Assembly (NCBI RefSeq): GCF_009914755.1
Contig: NC_060930.1
Reading direction: 5' to 3' (one strand)
Length of the DNA: 64,000 bases
Source of the DNA: the human T2T-CHM13v2.0 reference genome, Homo sapiens
In this document: in pieces, positions 39,641 to 51,692 of the stretch
Position numbering within the stretch: position 1 is the stretch's first letter
How the letters are laid out: each line of letters starts with the position of its first letter
The notes under the pieces: model-generated
What the model saw: only the letters and a program-made list of their open reading frames with translations
What the model was told of the DNA's origin: nothing
Database searches by the model: none
Position numbers and translations under genes: made by a program

Positions 39641-40129
39641 CTGGGTAGGTATCTTACCTGATAGGGACAGGGGTATTAAAATAGAAAGAGGCGAGAAGAT
39701 GGGTTTTGTCTCTGAAGCAAGCTGTTGTCAGGCTTTTTATCTTAGGGGGAAGAAGTTATAGGCTCCTGGGGCAGAGCAGCCCAGACAAGACTGGAGATGG
39801 AAGGCTCATTCAACAAGCAACCTCCTAGAGGTCACCAAGAGGGAAGAAGGGGTGACCACAGGGTGGGCTGGGCAGTGCAGTCTGAATCCTGAGGAATTTT
39901 CCTGGCCAGGGGAGGGAACGTGTTTCAAGGCAAGGAGGGCCAGAAAGGCCGGTGTACGGTCAGAAGGAACTGCTTCACCAAGGTGCTCTTGCCTGGAATT
40001 AACACTCTGAGGTTTCTCGCAGATCTTAGGCTAGTCAAGGGTTTCCTGATTAGGCTACAAATGTGAATCATTCAGTCAGTATAAAATACAATCTATAACA
40101 GGTTGACGGGAAGAAGAAAGGATGGGAAG

Positions 40130-40345
40130 GCAGTGTGATGTCATGGGAAGAACTAAGGCTTTGCAGCCAGACTTAACTGTGTGACCTTGGGCAAGTTACT
40201 TAACCCCTCTGAGCTTCAGTCCCTTCATTTATAATATGGGCATAATACTATCTACCTAAAAAGGTTTTAGTGATGATTCAGTGAGAAACATATTTGAAGC
40301 AACAAGCACAGTAACTGGAAGCTGTAGGTACTCAATAAGTGTCAG
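40130..40345 (+). mobile_element. MIR
   Basis: Core 'ctgtgtgaccttgggcaagttacttaacccctctgag'. Confidence 0.85.
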
Positions 40346-40396
40346 TTTCCTTCCTCTTCTAAAAGCTGTGCTTTCAAGTCAATTGTATGTCTAGAG

Positions 40397-40758
40397 TCGC
40401 ACTGTCTGGTACAGTGGCCAGTACTAGCCACATATGGCTCTCAAGTACTTTAAAGAGGGCTAGTCTGAATTGATATGTGTCATACATGTAAAATACTTTA
40501 AAGAGGGCTCATCTGAATTGATATATGCCATACATGTAAAATACAAATCAGATTTCTAAAACTTTGTACCAAAAAATACCATAAAATAACTTACTAATAA
40601 TTTGAGTGATTACATGTTACAATAATATTTTGGATATATTGAGTTAAAATATAAGATTAAAATTAATTCCACCTGTTTCTTTATATTTGATTCAACATGG
40701 CTACTGGAAAATTTAAAATTACAATGCGGCTTACATTTTATTCTATTGGACAGTGCTG
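40397..40758. mobile_element. MER33-like hAT-Charlie element with an internal 48-bp tandem duplication
   Basis: End 'ctattggacagtgctg', 8-bp flanks gtctagag/atctagat. Duplicated 40446-40493 / 40494-40541. Confidence 0.8.
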
Positions 40759-43489
40759 ATCTAGATACTAGAAAAGACAAGGTTGGGAAGCTGTGTTCCA
40801 GAAGCATGTTTGTTTCTATACCTTGAGTTTGGGTTTTGGTTTGTTCTCCCATGGTTTCCCAGTAAAAGACCCTTTTGAAAAAAATACCATCCAGGGCTCA
40901 ACCAAAACGGGTAGAAGATACCTACATGCCCCTAGTAGTCAGGTGTTGTGGTGACCACAGTCCAGGAAAAAGTAGGTAGGGCTGGTATATCAGAGAATGG
41001 AGATGTCAGGTAGGACAGTCAGGACAGCTGGGGATGGACTGTTCTTTTCTTAGCCTGAAGCTTCTCTTCAGATTTCTCTACCTTTCTTTACTCTGGGAAG
41101 ATGATCCCATTTTCTATTATTTCAGAAGATTCCCCCACCTTATACATGAACTTGGCAAGAAGCAGGCTCCCACCAGGCAGTAACAAACACAGGTGCAAGA
41201 GAAAATGCCACTTCAAAGCCATCTTTAGAAAACCCCAGAGTTTCCAGAGAAATGAACAGCAGACATTCACAGACATAAGAATGTTTTTTTTTCCCCCGCC
41301 CAAGGAGTGTGGTTAGTGGTTGTTTTTAAAACTGTACATTTTACTGTACATTTTTTTTCTAGCAAAGGAGAAGATTGGCATTTATATTCTGACCACAGGG
41401 ATGCTGCTTTCCAAAACTCCAAGTCAGAAACATGACAAACACAAGAGCAAGTACATATCATGTCACGATAGAACTCGGAACCGCTGATGAGAATAGACAG
41501 TCAGTTGGTTCCTTCCACTGTTCACCACCTTCCCTCTGTGTGTCTGAATCCAAAGGCCAAAAAGAAAGCTGGTGTTTGAGACCACTTCCACAATGGCTAT
41601 AGTTTGAAAGGATGAATGAGAAAGATGAGGAGGGAGAAAAGAGAAGAGGAAAAAACAGGAAGGGAAAAGAGAAAGGGTGGAAGAGATTTCCTTTCAAGTT
41701 GCCCAATTCTGTGGGTGCTTCTGTGACCATAGAAAGGATGTGCTTCAGCCCTGGGACTGGCCTCGAAAATTATTATAACTTGAGGTCTCAGGAGGGACTG
41801 GCCTGATCTGTTAATGACCTTGTCAGGACCAGAAAGGGACTGGGAAAGGCAGAGAGTAAAAGGAGAAAAAAAAAGAAGGATGAAGAGAAGAGAGGGGAGG
41901 GAGGAGAGTGAGGAAGGAGGAAGGCCTGGGATTTGGAGGCTCTGGGACTAGAGCCGAAGGTAATTCTTCATAGACAGTTGCAAATCCCTCCTTGTGTGTT
42001 CCAGAGTGGGGTTGGGGGCCAGCAGCTCGGGTCCAGGTCTGAGGCCATTGGAACTTTTTGGTCCAGAATGGTCTTGCCTGTATGCTTTGTAGGCTGCGTG
42101 GTTGGCAAGTGGAAGAAGGAAGAACAAAAGAGAGAAAATAGAGGTCTATGGAAGGAGTTGGGAGAGGAAAGAATGAGTTGGAGAGACTGAGGGAGAGGTA
42201 GTGAATTGCTGATGAGTAGACATGGGACAGGGATGCCGGGGAAAGTCATTCCAATCTGTCTACAGCAGGTTCTCCGTGGGCACATCTCCTCTTCCCCTTC
42301 TCTTGCCACTGTCTGGCAGGGAGGGGTTATCCCTAGATGGAAAGGAGTCTATGCACCCCTCCCATTCCACCCTGTAATTTCCAAGGATGGACCCTCCTCA
42401 AGAAACCAAGAGCAGGCATCCCTCCATCCCACCCTGAGCCACTTTCTTAAGGAACAAACATGGGACAGCCTTTGGACACAGAAAAGCCCTAGGCAGAGTG
42501 AAGACAGGGTCATGGATCCCAAATACCACTGCCAGGAGGCAGGTGGCCTTGGCTTCTACCCTGACCTGGTCATGAACTCACTGTGTGACCCTCGGCAATT
42601 CCTTTATGCTCTCTGGAAGGGAGAGGGAGGGTTAAAGATGGGATGATTGCAAACACCTCCCCAAGCTTCAAAAGCCTATGATTCTAAAAAGATTCAGCTT
42701 TCCCCCTCCAAGGCTTCTAGAATTCTCTGTGTCCAGTAAAAAGGAGGGGCACTGCTGTAACCAGCTTGTGCTTCTGGTGTCACTAAGCAAAAAAGCCTAA
42801 CATCTAGAGTCATGAATAATTAATAGGCCTATAGAACTGGAAAGGGACTGGAGACCTAGTACAATCCCAGTATTTTTGCAAATTGAGAAATTCAGGTCCC
42901 AACAGATAAAAGGGTCTTGCCCCAGTTATTCAGCTGGCTATTCATGTGACTGTGGAGCCCAGACACAGAACTTCGGACTCCAAGTCCACTGCTGTTTCTG
43001 CCACCCCTGCTGCTTTCCTTAAGAGAAGCCCTCCTGGCCTGCCACATGCTCAAGGGGGACTTTCCATGCCAGCTTCCCAGAAAGAGTGGCAACAAGCCCA
43101 AAGCAACTCCAGAAGTTAAGATCCCTTGTGCCCTATAGCATGAAGCCCTCCTCCCTCCCCACACGTAAGAACCCAGGAAATTACCCTTCTGGTTTAAGCT
43201 TCTGTGATGGGTGTGGCATGTCATGTTTGAGAAGCAAAGGAAACTAGGTCAGGTATCGGGGGTCAGTCACTCACCCCTTCCAGTGTCGGGTGTGGGGTGG
43301 TTGGGAGTAATGAGAGCTCTGAGCAGGGAACCCCACAGTCTTCCCCCAAACAAGTGTGGAAACAGAATAATTCCCTCCTCTTGTCAATTGGCAACAATTA
43401 CCCACTACCAGGGCTGCTGGGAACACACATTCATATGTACGATTAACTCTCGATTATTCGTGTGAATGAAGAGGAGGAGTCTGGGAAAT

Positions 43490-43838
43490 GGAAAAAAAAT
43501 AAATTAAGAAATAAAAACAACACTAGACCCATAAGCAATCCAAAGCCGCTTGCTTGTAGGCTACATTTGTGATTAGAAAGGCGGAGTCTCGCCTTTCCAA
43601 ACACTCAGGGCTCAGTCCGGCATTTGAGCGAGTCCACATTCCCTGAGCACACCCCGGCCGGGTGGTGGGGAGGTGATGTGGGTGTTGCGGGGTAGGGGGG
43701 GACACGAGGCCATTGACAGGGAGACGAAACTGTCCCTGGATGTAAACATCACCATGGAAACTCCACAAACACTTGCCAGTGAGATTCTTTCCCCTTCTCC
43801 CACCCTGCGCACAGGAAAGGGAGCATGCCCACCCCCAC
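43490..43838 (-). other. LRFN2: LRFN2 3' UTR (3' end approximate)
   Basis: Directly downstream of the stop codon, ending near a U-rich tract. No canonical AATAAA seen on the minus strand. Confidence 0.6.
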
Positions 43839-44760
43839 CTAGACCGTGCTCTCCATCACCCATTCGGAGCTGCCAAAAGTCCCCCGGGCCCCCACCAGGT
43901 CACTCTCCTCAAAGGGCAAGAGCATGCCGTTGACAGAGAGGCTGCGCTTCGTCCAGATGTTCGAGACCTTCCGAGGAGGACTGTAGCCGCCCGGCACGAC
44001 CCCTCCCGCCGCCGCAGCAGCAAAGTCCCCCATGTCGAAGGAGTGGCTGCGTTTGGCCTTGCCCTCCAACGGCAAGGGGAGCAGGCTCCTGGCCCGGGCC
44101 GCAGGGGGCCCCAGCAGTGGCTCTCGGTCCGAGTGGTGGCCCCGGGCCGACGTCCCAGCCCCTCTCCCGGCTGGAGTCCTGGAGTCCAGCAGCTCCTCCT
44201 TTCTCTGACTCTTGAGGTCCAGGGAGGCGAAGGCCCCCATCAGGCGGTCAAGGCTGGGCTTGGGGCGCGGGGCGGAGGGTGGGATCCTCCAGGGGGCCCG
44301 TCCCAGCCCCGCAGCCTCCCCACTGCCCAGGGAGCTGGAGGAAGAGGAGTCACTGGCGCGGGCCAGGCTGGCGGTGAAGTCCAGGAGCTCGTTGCGCACC
44401 ACCACCTTCGGCGGGCCCTGCGGCGGGGCCCCGGCTGGTGCGCTGCTTGGAGGCGGTGGCTGGGCGCCGTTGGTCTGCGAGTACACATTGCTCACGGCCG
44501 CTGCCATCTTGCTGGGGGCCTCGTGGTTGCAGACCTTGTAGCGCACCATGAGGATGACGATGAAGACCAGCAGCGTGGCCACGATGATGCCCCCGATGAC
44601 CAGGATCATGGTGCCGCCCAGGATCTGGCTGTGCATGGACTGGCACTGCGGGTAGTCAGCCTTGGTGAAGAACTGGGCGCAGCCCACGATGTTGGTGGCC
44701 GTGAGTGTCGTGGCTGTGTCATCCCACATGGCCAGCACACACAAGTCGTAGCCAGTCCCT
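43580..44760. promoter_or_regulatory. Intragenic CpG island over the LRFN2 last exon
   Basis: High GC and CpG density. Confidence 0.75.
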
Positions 44761-44808
44761 GACACCAGGTTGTTGACCACGAAGGCCTTGTTGGAGGCTG
44801 GGATCATC
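43839..44808 (-). CDS. LRFN2: LRFN2 (SALM1) last coding exon: end of FN3 domain, transmembrane helix, cytoplasmic tail with PDZ-binding ESTV
   Basis: Acceptor ctccccag|G at 44809/44808. 970 nt = 1 nt + 322 codons + [29 protein letters not shown] (FN3), [21 protein letters not shown] (TM), ...EWVMESTV. Confidence 0.98.
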
Positions 44809-44810
44809 CT

Positions 44811-45470
44811 GGGGAGGGAGGTGGACAGAAATAGTGAGGGGTGGTGGGGTGGAAGGACAGGGTGATGGGGAGTGGACAGAGGTAGAAACAGAGTGACAGA
44901 GATGGGGAGGGAGAGGGGAGGGAGGCCAAGACAGACATGGGGACACAGAGAGAATGGGGCAGAGGGAAAGAAAGGGACAGAGGAGTGAAGAGACATGGAA
45001 GGAGAGAGAAGGAGAGACAGAGGAGAGGGGAGGAGGGAGGGGCAGGGGCAGGCAGGCAACAGGAATAGGGCATAGGGAATAGAGAAGAAAGAGATGTGAG
45101 GAGGGAGACCCAGACAAGGGAACCAAGGGACAGGTTAGGGTGGAAAGGAAGGTGAGAGAGGGAGATTCAGAGATGGAGCATCAGGGAGAGGTATAGACCG
45201 AGGATGTGTCAGAGACCAAGGATGTGTCAGAGACCGAGGATGTGTCAGAGACCGGGTGAGAGAAAATCCAGATATATGGAAACAAAAACACAAAAACACA
45301 ATGAGTATGAAGATGAAGGGAATGAGAAAGGAGGTAGTTGAAAGAAGAGAAAAGGGGAGGCATTTAGAGGTGGAGGGAAAGAGGAGTGGGGGAGACTCAA
45401 GCAGAGTTGAGAGGACACACAGGGACAGGCAGAGGGAGAGACAGAGAGGCAGAGAGGTTAAAGTGTGAAG
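44811..45470. repeat. Purine-rich (+) / pyrimidine-rich (-) low-complexity tract including an 18-bp x3.3 tandem repeat at 45195-45254
   Basis: GA-rich sequence; unit agacc(g/a)aggatgtgtcag. Confidence 0.9.
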
Positions 45471-46546
45471 AAGCAGAAATTATACAAAGGGACACCCGCT
45501 ACTTCCCTCCTTCATGCCTGCTACAAGTATTCCCTCCGTCTCTGGGATGGGCAGGGTGAGAGTCAGGTCAGCCCTGACCCTGTGCCAGCCCACCCCGAGG
45601 CTTGCTCCAGCCCTCCTGTGACCTCTGAGATTCATGGGGATCCCCATCAACACTTTCTGAGCCTTCTTTCTGGACCAGGTGCTGTGCTGTGTCAGAGACA
45701 AGGTCCTGCCTGGAGAGGCCAGCACCACCCACACCTCCAAAGGGCTTTCTCATGACTCAGGAGGGAGAGCGTTTGCTGCTGCAGACTGAGGGAGAGGGAG
45801 TCTAAGCAGAAGAGGACTGGATGCAGGAGAAGGGGGCCTGCTGCTTAGGGGTGGAGGGACAGTGCAGTGTTAAGGACTGGGGGGCACTTCTGCATCCCAG
45901 AGGAAAGGGACGATTCCTTGGTCCTAGTTGTAGTAGGCCAGGCTCAGCCAAGAAACCTGGGGGAAGAGTTTCTTTAGTAGAAGACTTTAACTGCTCCTTC
46001 CACCTTTGGGGAGGGTCTGATGGGGAAGCACTCTCCCCACATTGTGGCTGGTCCTCTCCTGCCTGGAACTCCTCACCCTGAACTCTGGACCCTTGTGACC
46101 TTGTTAAGCCTGGATGCACACCCTGAACTCCAAGACCCTTGTTGAGGTATCATGCCTTCTGCTGATTCCAGAGATGATGCCTGTGTCACTTCCATAAACA
46201 CTCCCAAAGAAATACCCAGGCCTGAAGGTACCACTGTGTAGCTTTCTTGGTAGTTCCTCCACTCCCATTCTCCTATTCCCTACTACTTGAGAATGAAAGG
46301 GCTCTATCAGTTCCCATCAACCCCTCAAACCTGGAGCTAGGCAACTTAATTAAGATCTCAAATATGAAATACTGAAGCCTGAAAACTTCCACCTGGGATC
46401 CATGCACAGAGGACTGGAACTGACAGACAGATATTGACATCCCGTCAGTGGGCAACCCCAGTGGCTGCTGCCTCCCTCCTCACCTGCCCACCTGCTCTTT
46501 TGCTGGGGAAGCCACACTGGAGGAAATTGAGCCCCCAAGGCCCACC

Positions 46547-46922
46547 TGATATGGTTTGGCTGTGTCCCCACCCAAATCTCATCTTGAATTGTAGCTCCTA
46601 CAATTCACAGGTGTTGTGGGAGGGACCTGGTGGGAGGTAATTAAATCATGAGGGTGGGTCTTTCCCAAGCTATTCTCATGACAGTGAACAAATCTCATGA
46701 GATCTGATGGTTTTATAAAGGGGAGTTTCCCTGCACAAGCTCTCTTCTCTTGTCTGCCACCAGGTGAGATGTGCCTTTCACCTTTTGCCATGATTGTGAG
46801 GCCTCCCCAGCCATGTGGAACTGTGAGTCCATTTAAACTTTTTCTTTTCCTTTTTTTTTTTTTTTGTAAATTATCCAGTCTCGTGTATGTCTTTGTCAGC
46901 AGCGTGAAAATGGACTAATACA
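46547..46922 (+). mobile_element. THE1B-like MaLR solo LTR
   Basis: tgatatggtttggctgtgtccccacccaaatctcatcttgaattgtagctcc ... ggactaataca. Confidence 0.93.
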
Positions 46923-47039
46923 CAGCCCCACCCTTAGCACAGTGTTTGGGGCAGAAGAGGCCAGAGGGGTTAGGAGAGGTGGATCCAGCAAGGACCCTGC
47001 AGCCAGCCCCACAGGTCTATCTGAAGACTTCAGAGCCAG

Positions 47040-48230
47040 TTTCACCTGGGCATCATGACAGTCCTGTAAAGGCAGTGATCAGTACTCCCATTTCACAGAG
47101 AAGAAATGGCTGAGACTCAGAGAGGGTAAGTGATCTGCCTGAGGTCACACAGCTGGGACTGCTAGTATGCAGCAGTTGAGACCTTTAACACTAGCTTCTG
47201 GGTCCACGGTCTGGGCTTGTTCCTCACTGTGTGACAGACATGGAAGCATTTTTCCTCATTTCAGTGAAAAGTTCGCCCTGGCCTGTGGCTGGTCAACCAC
47301 CTTCATCCCTGGAGCAGCTTAGAGCCTGCTGTGACTCACGCTCCTCTACTGACAGGATGCCAGCCTGCTAGGCCATCTGCTGGGCAGGGCCTGAGGAGCC
47401 CTGTGTGGCCAATGCTGCAGGGGACACTTGAGTCCTCCAGGGCCTCGTTCCTTTCCCCTCAGGGCTAATGATGTAAGTTGAGAAGGCAGGAGCTAAGCAC
47501 ACCCAGAACAGTGACAACAGCAAGAGCAAACACCAGCTGATAACTGTGAGCCATGCTCTAAGTGCCCTATGCCAACTCACTTAGGCCTACCGCAACTCCC
47601 CGACACAGCTGCCATCATAATCCAGATTTTTCAGATGGGGAAACAGAGGTGCAGAAGTGTTATGCAAAGATAACATGGCAGAGCTGGGATTAAATCCCAG
47701 GGAGGCCACCGTCAGTCTGCTCTGAATCACGGCATTCCACCATTTTGTTGGGCCACAGTGATATAAGAGCATGTCCACTTGAGAGGTGGATGGACACCCT
47801 TGTTTACTGAATACCTGTTGTGTAACATAGGTTTCCACATTCATGATTGCATTGAACACAGCCACCCCAGGTCACCAAAGATGTACCACGAGCCCAGAAA
47901 TCTTCTCAATATTTAGCCACCTTCTCCTGGGAAGCAGATCACACTAGTACTACTATTAGTACTACTACTAATAGCAACAAAATAAGAAGAACAGCTAACA
48001 TGAGGGCTTACTCTGTGCCAGGCACTATTGTGAGATATTTAAGGGGATTAAGACTCTTTTAATACTCCCTAACATTGTTGGGAGGCCATTATTGTTATTC
48101 TCATTTCCACTTAACAGATAAGAAACTGAGGCACAGAAAGGTTAAGCTACCTGCCCAAGGAGGCCCAGCTAGTAAGTTGGCAGAGCTGGGATTTAAATCA
48201 GGCAGTTTGGCTCCAGGGCCTCCGCACCTG
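47040..48230 (-). mobile_element. Cluster of three MIR fragments (~47040-47220, 47530-47720, 47990-48230)
   Basis: Antisense MIR cores ('gaaactgaggcacagaaaggttaag', 'aggtcacacagctg'). Confidence 0.75.
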
Positions 48231-48577
48231 ACCCCTGGGCCATGCTGCCTCTCAGACACTGCCCCGTCTTCCTGCCCTTCCTGGGCAACTTTGTGAGGAA
48301 CCCTGCCTGGTCTCCCCAACTCACCTTTGCTCCCCAACTCAGAGAAAATCATAATGTGATGAAGCCACATCCTAATGTGATGAAGCTGCGGTTGGGCTGT
48401 GCTGCTGATGGAGGTGTAACAAGGCAAGGCTGATTCTTGGCGGGCCACTGGAACCGGGATGAAAGGTCAGGTCTGGAACAGTTTTGCACTGTAATTGGCC
48501 CATCAGAAACAAGGCCAGCAGGAAAAGCCTGCTAGGATGAAGAGCAGAAAGGCGGAAGGCGGCTCCTGATTCCTCTG

Positions 48578-48580
<3 letters not shown>

Positions 48581-48630
<50 letters not shown>

Positions 48631-48655
48631 CGCGTGTACGTCTGTGTGTGTGTGT
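48581..48655. repeat. (TG)n microsatellite
   Basis: About 21 pure TG units, then an interrupted run. Confidence 0.97.
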
Positions 48656-49727
48656 TGGCGGTAGGAGGAGTTGGGGTGACTTAAGGAGAGCCAGAGCCAG
48701 CTAACTCAAAACAGCCCTGGCTGGCAAGGTCAAGTTTGCCTTTTCTAATAACAATAATAACCAGTATTTGCCTAGCACTTACTTGTCCTGGCAAGTTTAC
48801 ACGCATTATCTCATTTAATCTCCTACAACCCTCTGAGGAAGTTATTCCGGTTTAGAGAAGGAGGAAGCTGAACAGTTTGAACTTTCCCTTGGGGGAATGA
48901 TGGGGCTGAGACCAGAACAGGTCCATTGCATCCCACAGCCCACACTTCTTAAAAGCAAGACACTTCTGCCTCCAGGCAACCAACAGACAAATTGCATGAG
49001 AAAGCCACGTGAAATGGGCACTCTAGTGAAAGATATAGAATTCATCTCTGACCTGTGTCCCCCTGTCCACCTCATCATCCAACCCTACAAAACCATCCAC
49101 TGATCCTCCAAGCTATAGCTGGGGAGCCTGGATTTCCCCCTTCACTCCTGCTCACAACCCATCACTCTGGCTGGTAGATTCTACCTTCTGAACACCCTCT
49201 GCCTTCCAACTCCACATACAGTGTTAGCTTAGGCCTCTCCATTTCTGGTCAGGATGGACTCAGCAGCCTCCAGTCAGGCTCTCTGCCACAAATTTTGCTC
49301 CCTGAAAGTGCATTCTCAGCACCACACTATCTCTAGTGCTCCACCTAAAACACAACTCTGGCTGTGTCGCCTGCCCACTGAGATGCTTCAAGTACTAACT
49401 ATGGTCTACAAGAGACAGTGCAAACTCCTTAGCTGGGCTCCCAAACCAGGCTGCTGTCACATTGTTGTCCTTCTACCCACACAGCCTCTGACGCTGCCCA
49501 CATTCTCAAAAACTTGCCCAGGTAGGAAAACACTGCAGAATCAGCCGGGCCCTGAATGGGCAGATGGCACTTCCTAGAAGGATAATTAAAGATCTTATTT
49601 ATCAAGGGGCTAGTTGTAAAGAGGCAAGAGGGTATCACAAGGGAATGTGCAAGAACCCAGAGCTAATAGCAGCCAAGAGCCGAGGTGTTACGTCTGCCTC
49701 ATCCCCAGGAGAGAGAAGCATGTAGGC

Positions 49728-49978
49728 CAGTGCTGCTTGTAGTGTGGCTCACAAATGGATGCCGGCCCATGGACTGTTTGTTCCTGTTCCATGATCAGAC
49801 ACTACAGAAGTCAAGAGTAAGAATTAAGGCTTTATAGCAATTTGGCATTGGTTGTCACATTGAAGTGCATGATGATTATTTCTGGTAACTTAGTTCTAGT
49901 CTTACAAAAACACTGGCCTGCAACAGAGTGGGGAAAATCGAAGCTGCTCCTTCACAATGAATAGCTTGAGGAGCCCTG
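49728..49978. mobile_element. Charlie4-like hAT fragment
   Basis: cagtgctg...gagccctg termini; 'gccggcccatggactgtttgtt'. Confidence 0.5.
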
Positions 49979-49986
49979 GGCTAGTG

Positions 49987-50200
49987 CAGGCTTTCTCAGC
50001 CTCACCACTGTTGACACTTTGGCTGACTATGTCTTGGCTGTGTGGGGCTGTCCTCTGCATCGTAGGAGGACAATCCCAGGACACCCCTGGGCTCCACCCA
50101 CCAGATGCCAGAACACACCCACAGTGTGACAAGCTAAAATGTCTCCAAGCATTGCCCAATGTCCTCTGGGGGCAAAGTCACCCTCCATTGAGGCACATTG
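49987..50200 (+). mobile_element. MER20 hAT-Charlie element
   Basis: 'ggggctgtcctctgcatcgtagga', 'ccagatgccag', 'aaaatgtctcca..cattgcc.aatgtcc'. Confidence 0.85.
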
Positions 50201-50799
50201 GTTTAGAGAATTTGGTTGAGAAACAGAAGCTGCCAGGGGCAACCTTACAGGGTGGGCACCGGACAAAGAAGTAGCCGGACCTCACTCTTCTCTGCCGCCG
50301 ACCTTCTGCTGCTGCTCTGCATGGCTGAACCAAACCGAAAGCCAGAGTTCACAGGCACATGCAGGTCAGGCTTCCAGAGTGCAGGGCAAGGCGGAGGAGG
50401 GGAGAGTGGATCCCGAGGGACAATAGATAATAAATGGCTCAACCATCAGGTCAGTCATGGGCACCTCCATGAAAAACACGTCCCTGAAATCCTGAGAGAT
50501 TTCTTTCCATCATGTAAACTACCAACATCTCTGTTAGCAGAAAACATGAATTGCTATTTTAAGTTAAGCTGCTCCAGTGTGTTAAATTTAATTAAGCTCA
50601 CACACTCTAAAAGACAATTTGAAACTGCAACCCCAAGCACTTACCAAAGAAACACAAAACAAGCCTAAGTGGCTGCCTCTGGATTGTTTTTCTTTTTCTT
50701 TCCTTTTCTGTTAATATTATTTTGGCATTGTTCATTCAGCTTAACACTAGCACACAAATCTACGGCTGATACTAGAGGTCTATGAAATCACAGGCACAT

Positions 50800-51692
50800 A
50801 CTGTTATTCTACTGTGGGCTCTTGAATCTGTTCTCCACATTTCACCTGCTTGCCTCTGCCTGTGGGGAACTACATTTCCCAGGCTCCCTTGTCTGTTCCC
50901 AGGTTTCTGAGCCCTCAGGCTGCCAGTTGGAGTTGGCCAATGGAGGCACTGGAGAGAGAGACTGGAGGGCCGGAAGAGGGGAGAAGCCAGGTATCTCTTC
51001 TATTTTTTCGTCTCCAAGTGGTTTCACCCTGTCAGTGAATCTCCTCTGGGATTCCAGCTGCCAGGGTTCCAGCTCCTGCTAGACACATTAGGATCTTAGT
51101 CACTGGTCATGCCATCTCCTCCTGTGTCCTTCCAGCCTTGGATGGGGATGGGTGGGTGGCGGTGGCTCCCAGCTGTTGCTAATCTCTATAGCGCCTCACT
51201 GTCCTGCCCCCCACCCACTGCTCCCATGCTCACTGCCCCCACCTGTTGTTGACCTCTGAGCAGCTCCATCATCCCTGAAATCCAAACCCTCTACTGAATT
51301 CTCTTTCTTTTTCTTTTCTTTTTTTTTTTTCTTTTTTTTTTTTTTTGAGACACAGTCTCACTCTGTAGCCCAAGCTGAAGTACAGTGGTGCGATCTCTCG
51401 GCTCACTGCAACCTCCGCCTCAGGGGCTCAAGCGATTCTTGTGCCTCAGCCTCCTGAGTAACTGGGCCTACAGGTGCACGCCACCAAGCCTGGCTAATTT
51501 TTTGTATTTGAGTAGAGGCGGGGTTTCACCATGTTGCCCACGGTGGTCTTGAACTCTTGAGCTCAGACCATCCGCCCGCCTTGGCTTCCTAAAGTGCTGG
51601 GATTACAGGCGTGAGCCACGGCTCCTGGCCTGAATTCCCTCTTTCAAAAGACCTAAAATGTTCTTTTATTTCTGACTGAATCCTGAATGACA
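50800..51692 (+). mobile_element. ERVL LTR (LTR33-like) interrupted by an Alu
   Basis: 'aactacatttcccaggctccctt', 'gttggccaatggaggcactgg'. 3' end resumes after the Alu at 51631. Confidence 0.55.
51302..51630 (-). mobile_element. Full-length Alu (AluS/J-like)
   Basis: Reverse Alu with a long T tail; tgaattc on both flanks. Confidence 0.95.

Noticed and set aside
43773-44762. 329-aa plus-strand ORF antisense to LRFN2
   Set aside because: Shadow ORF of a GC-rich coding exon. It has a non-ATG start in the sequence (ttg) and no recognisable domain.
44809-45059. N-terminal 84 aa of the 406-aa minus-strand ORF
   Set aside because: Intronic polypyrimidine tract read in frame (Pro/Ser/Leu-rich). 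The true exon starts at the acceptor at 44808.
45195-45254. Direct repeats as a possible CRISPR-like array
   Set aside because: Contiguous 18-bp tandem units with no spacers, in a eukaryotic intron.
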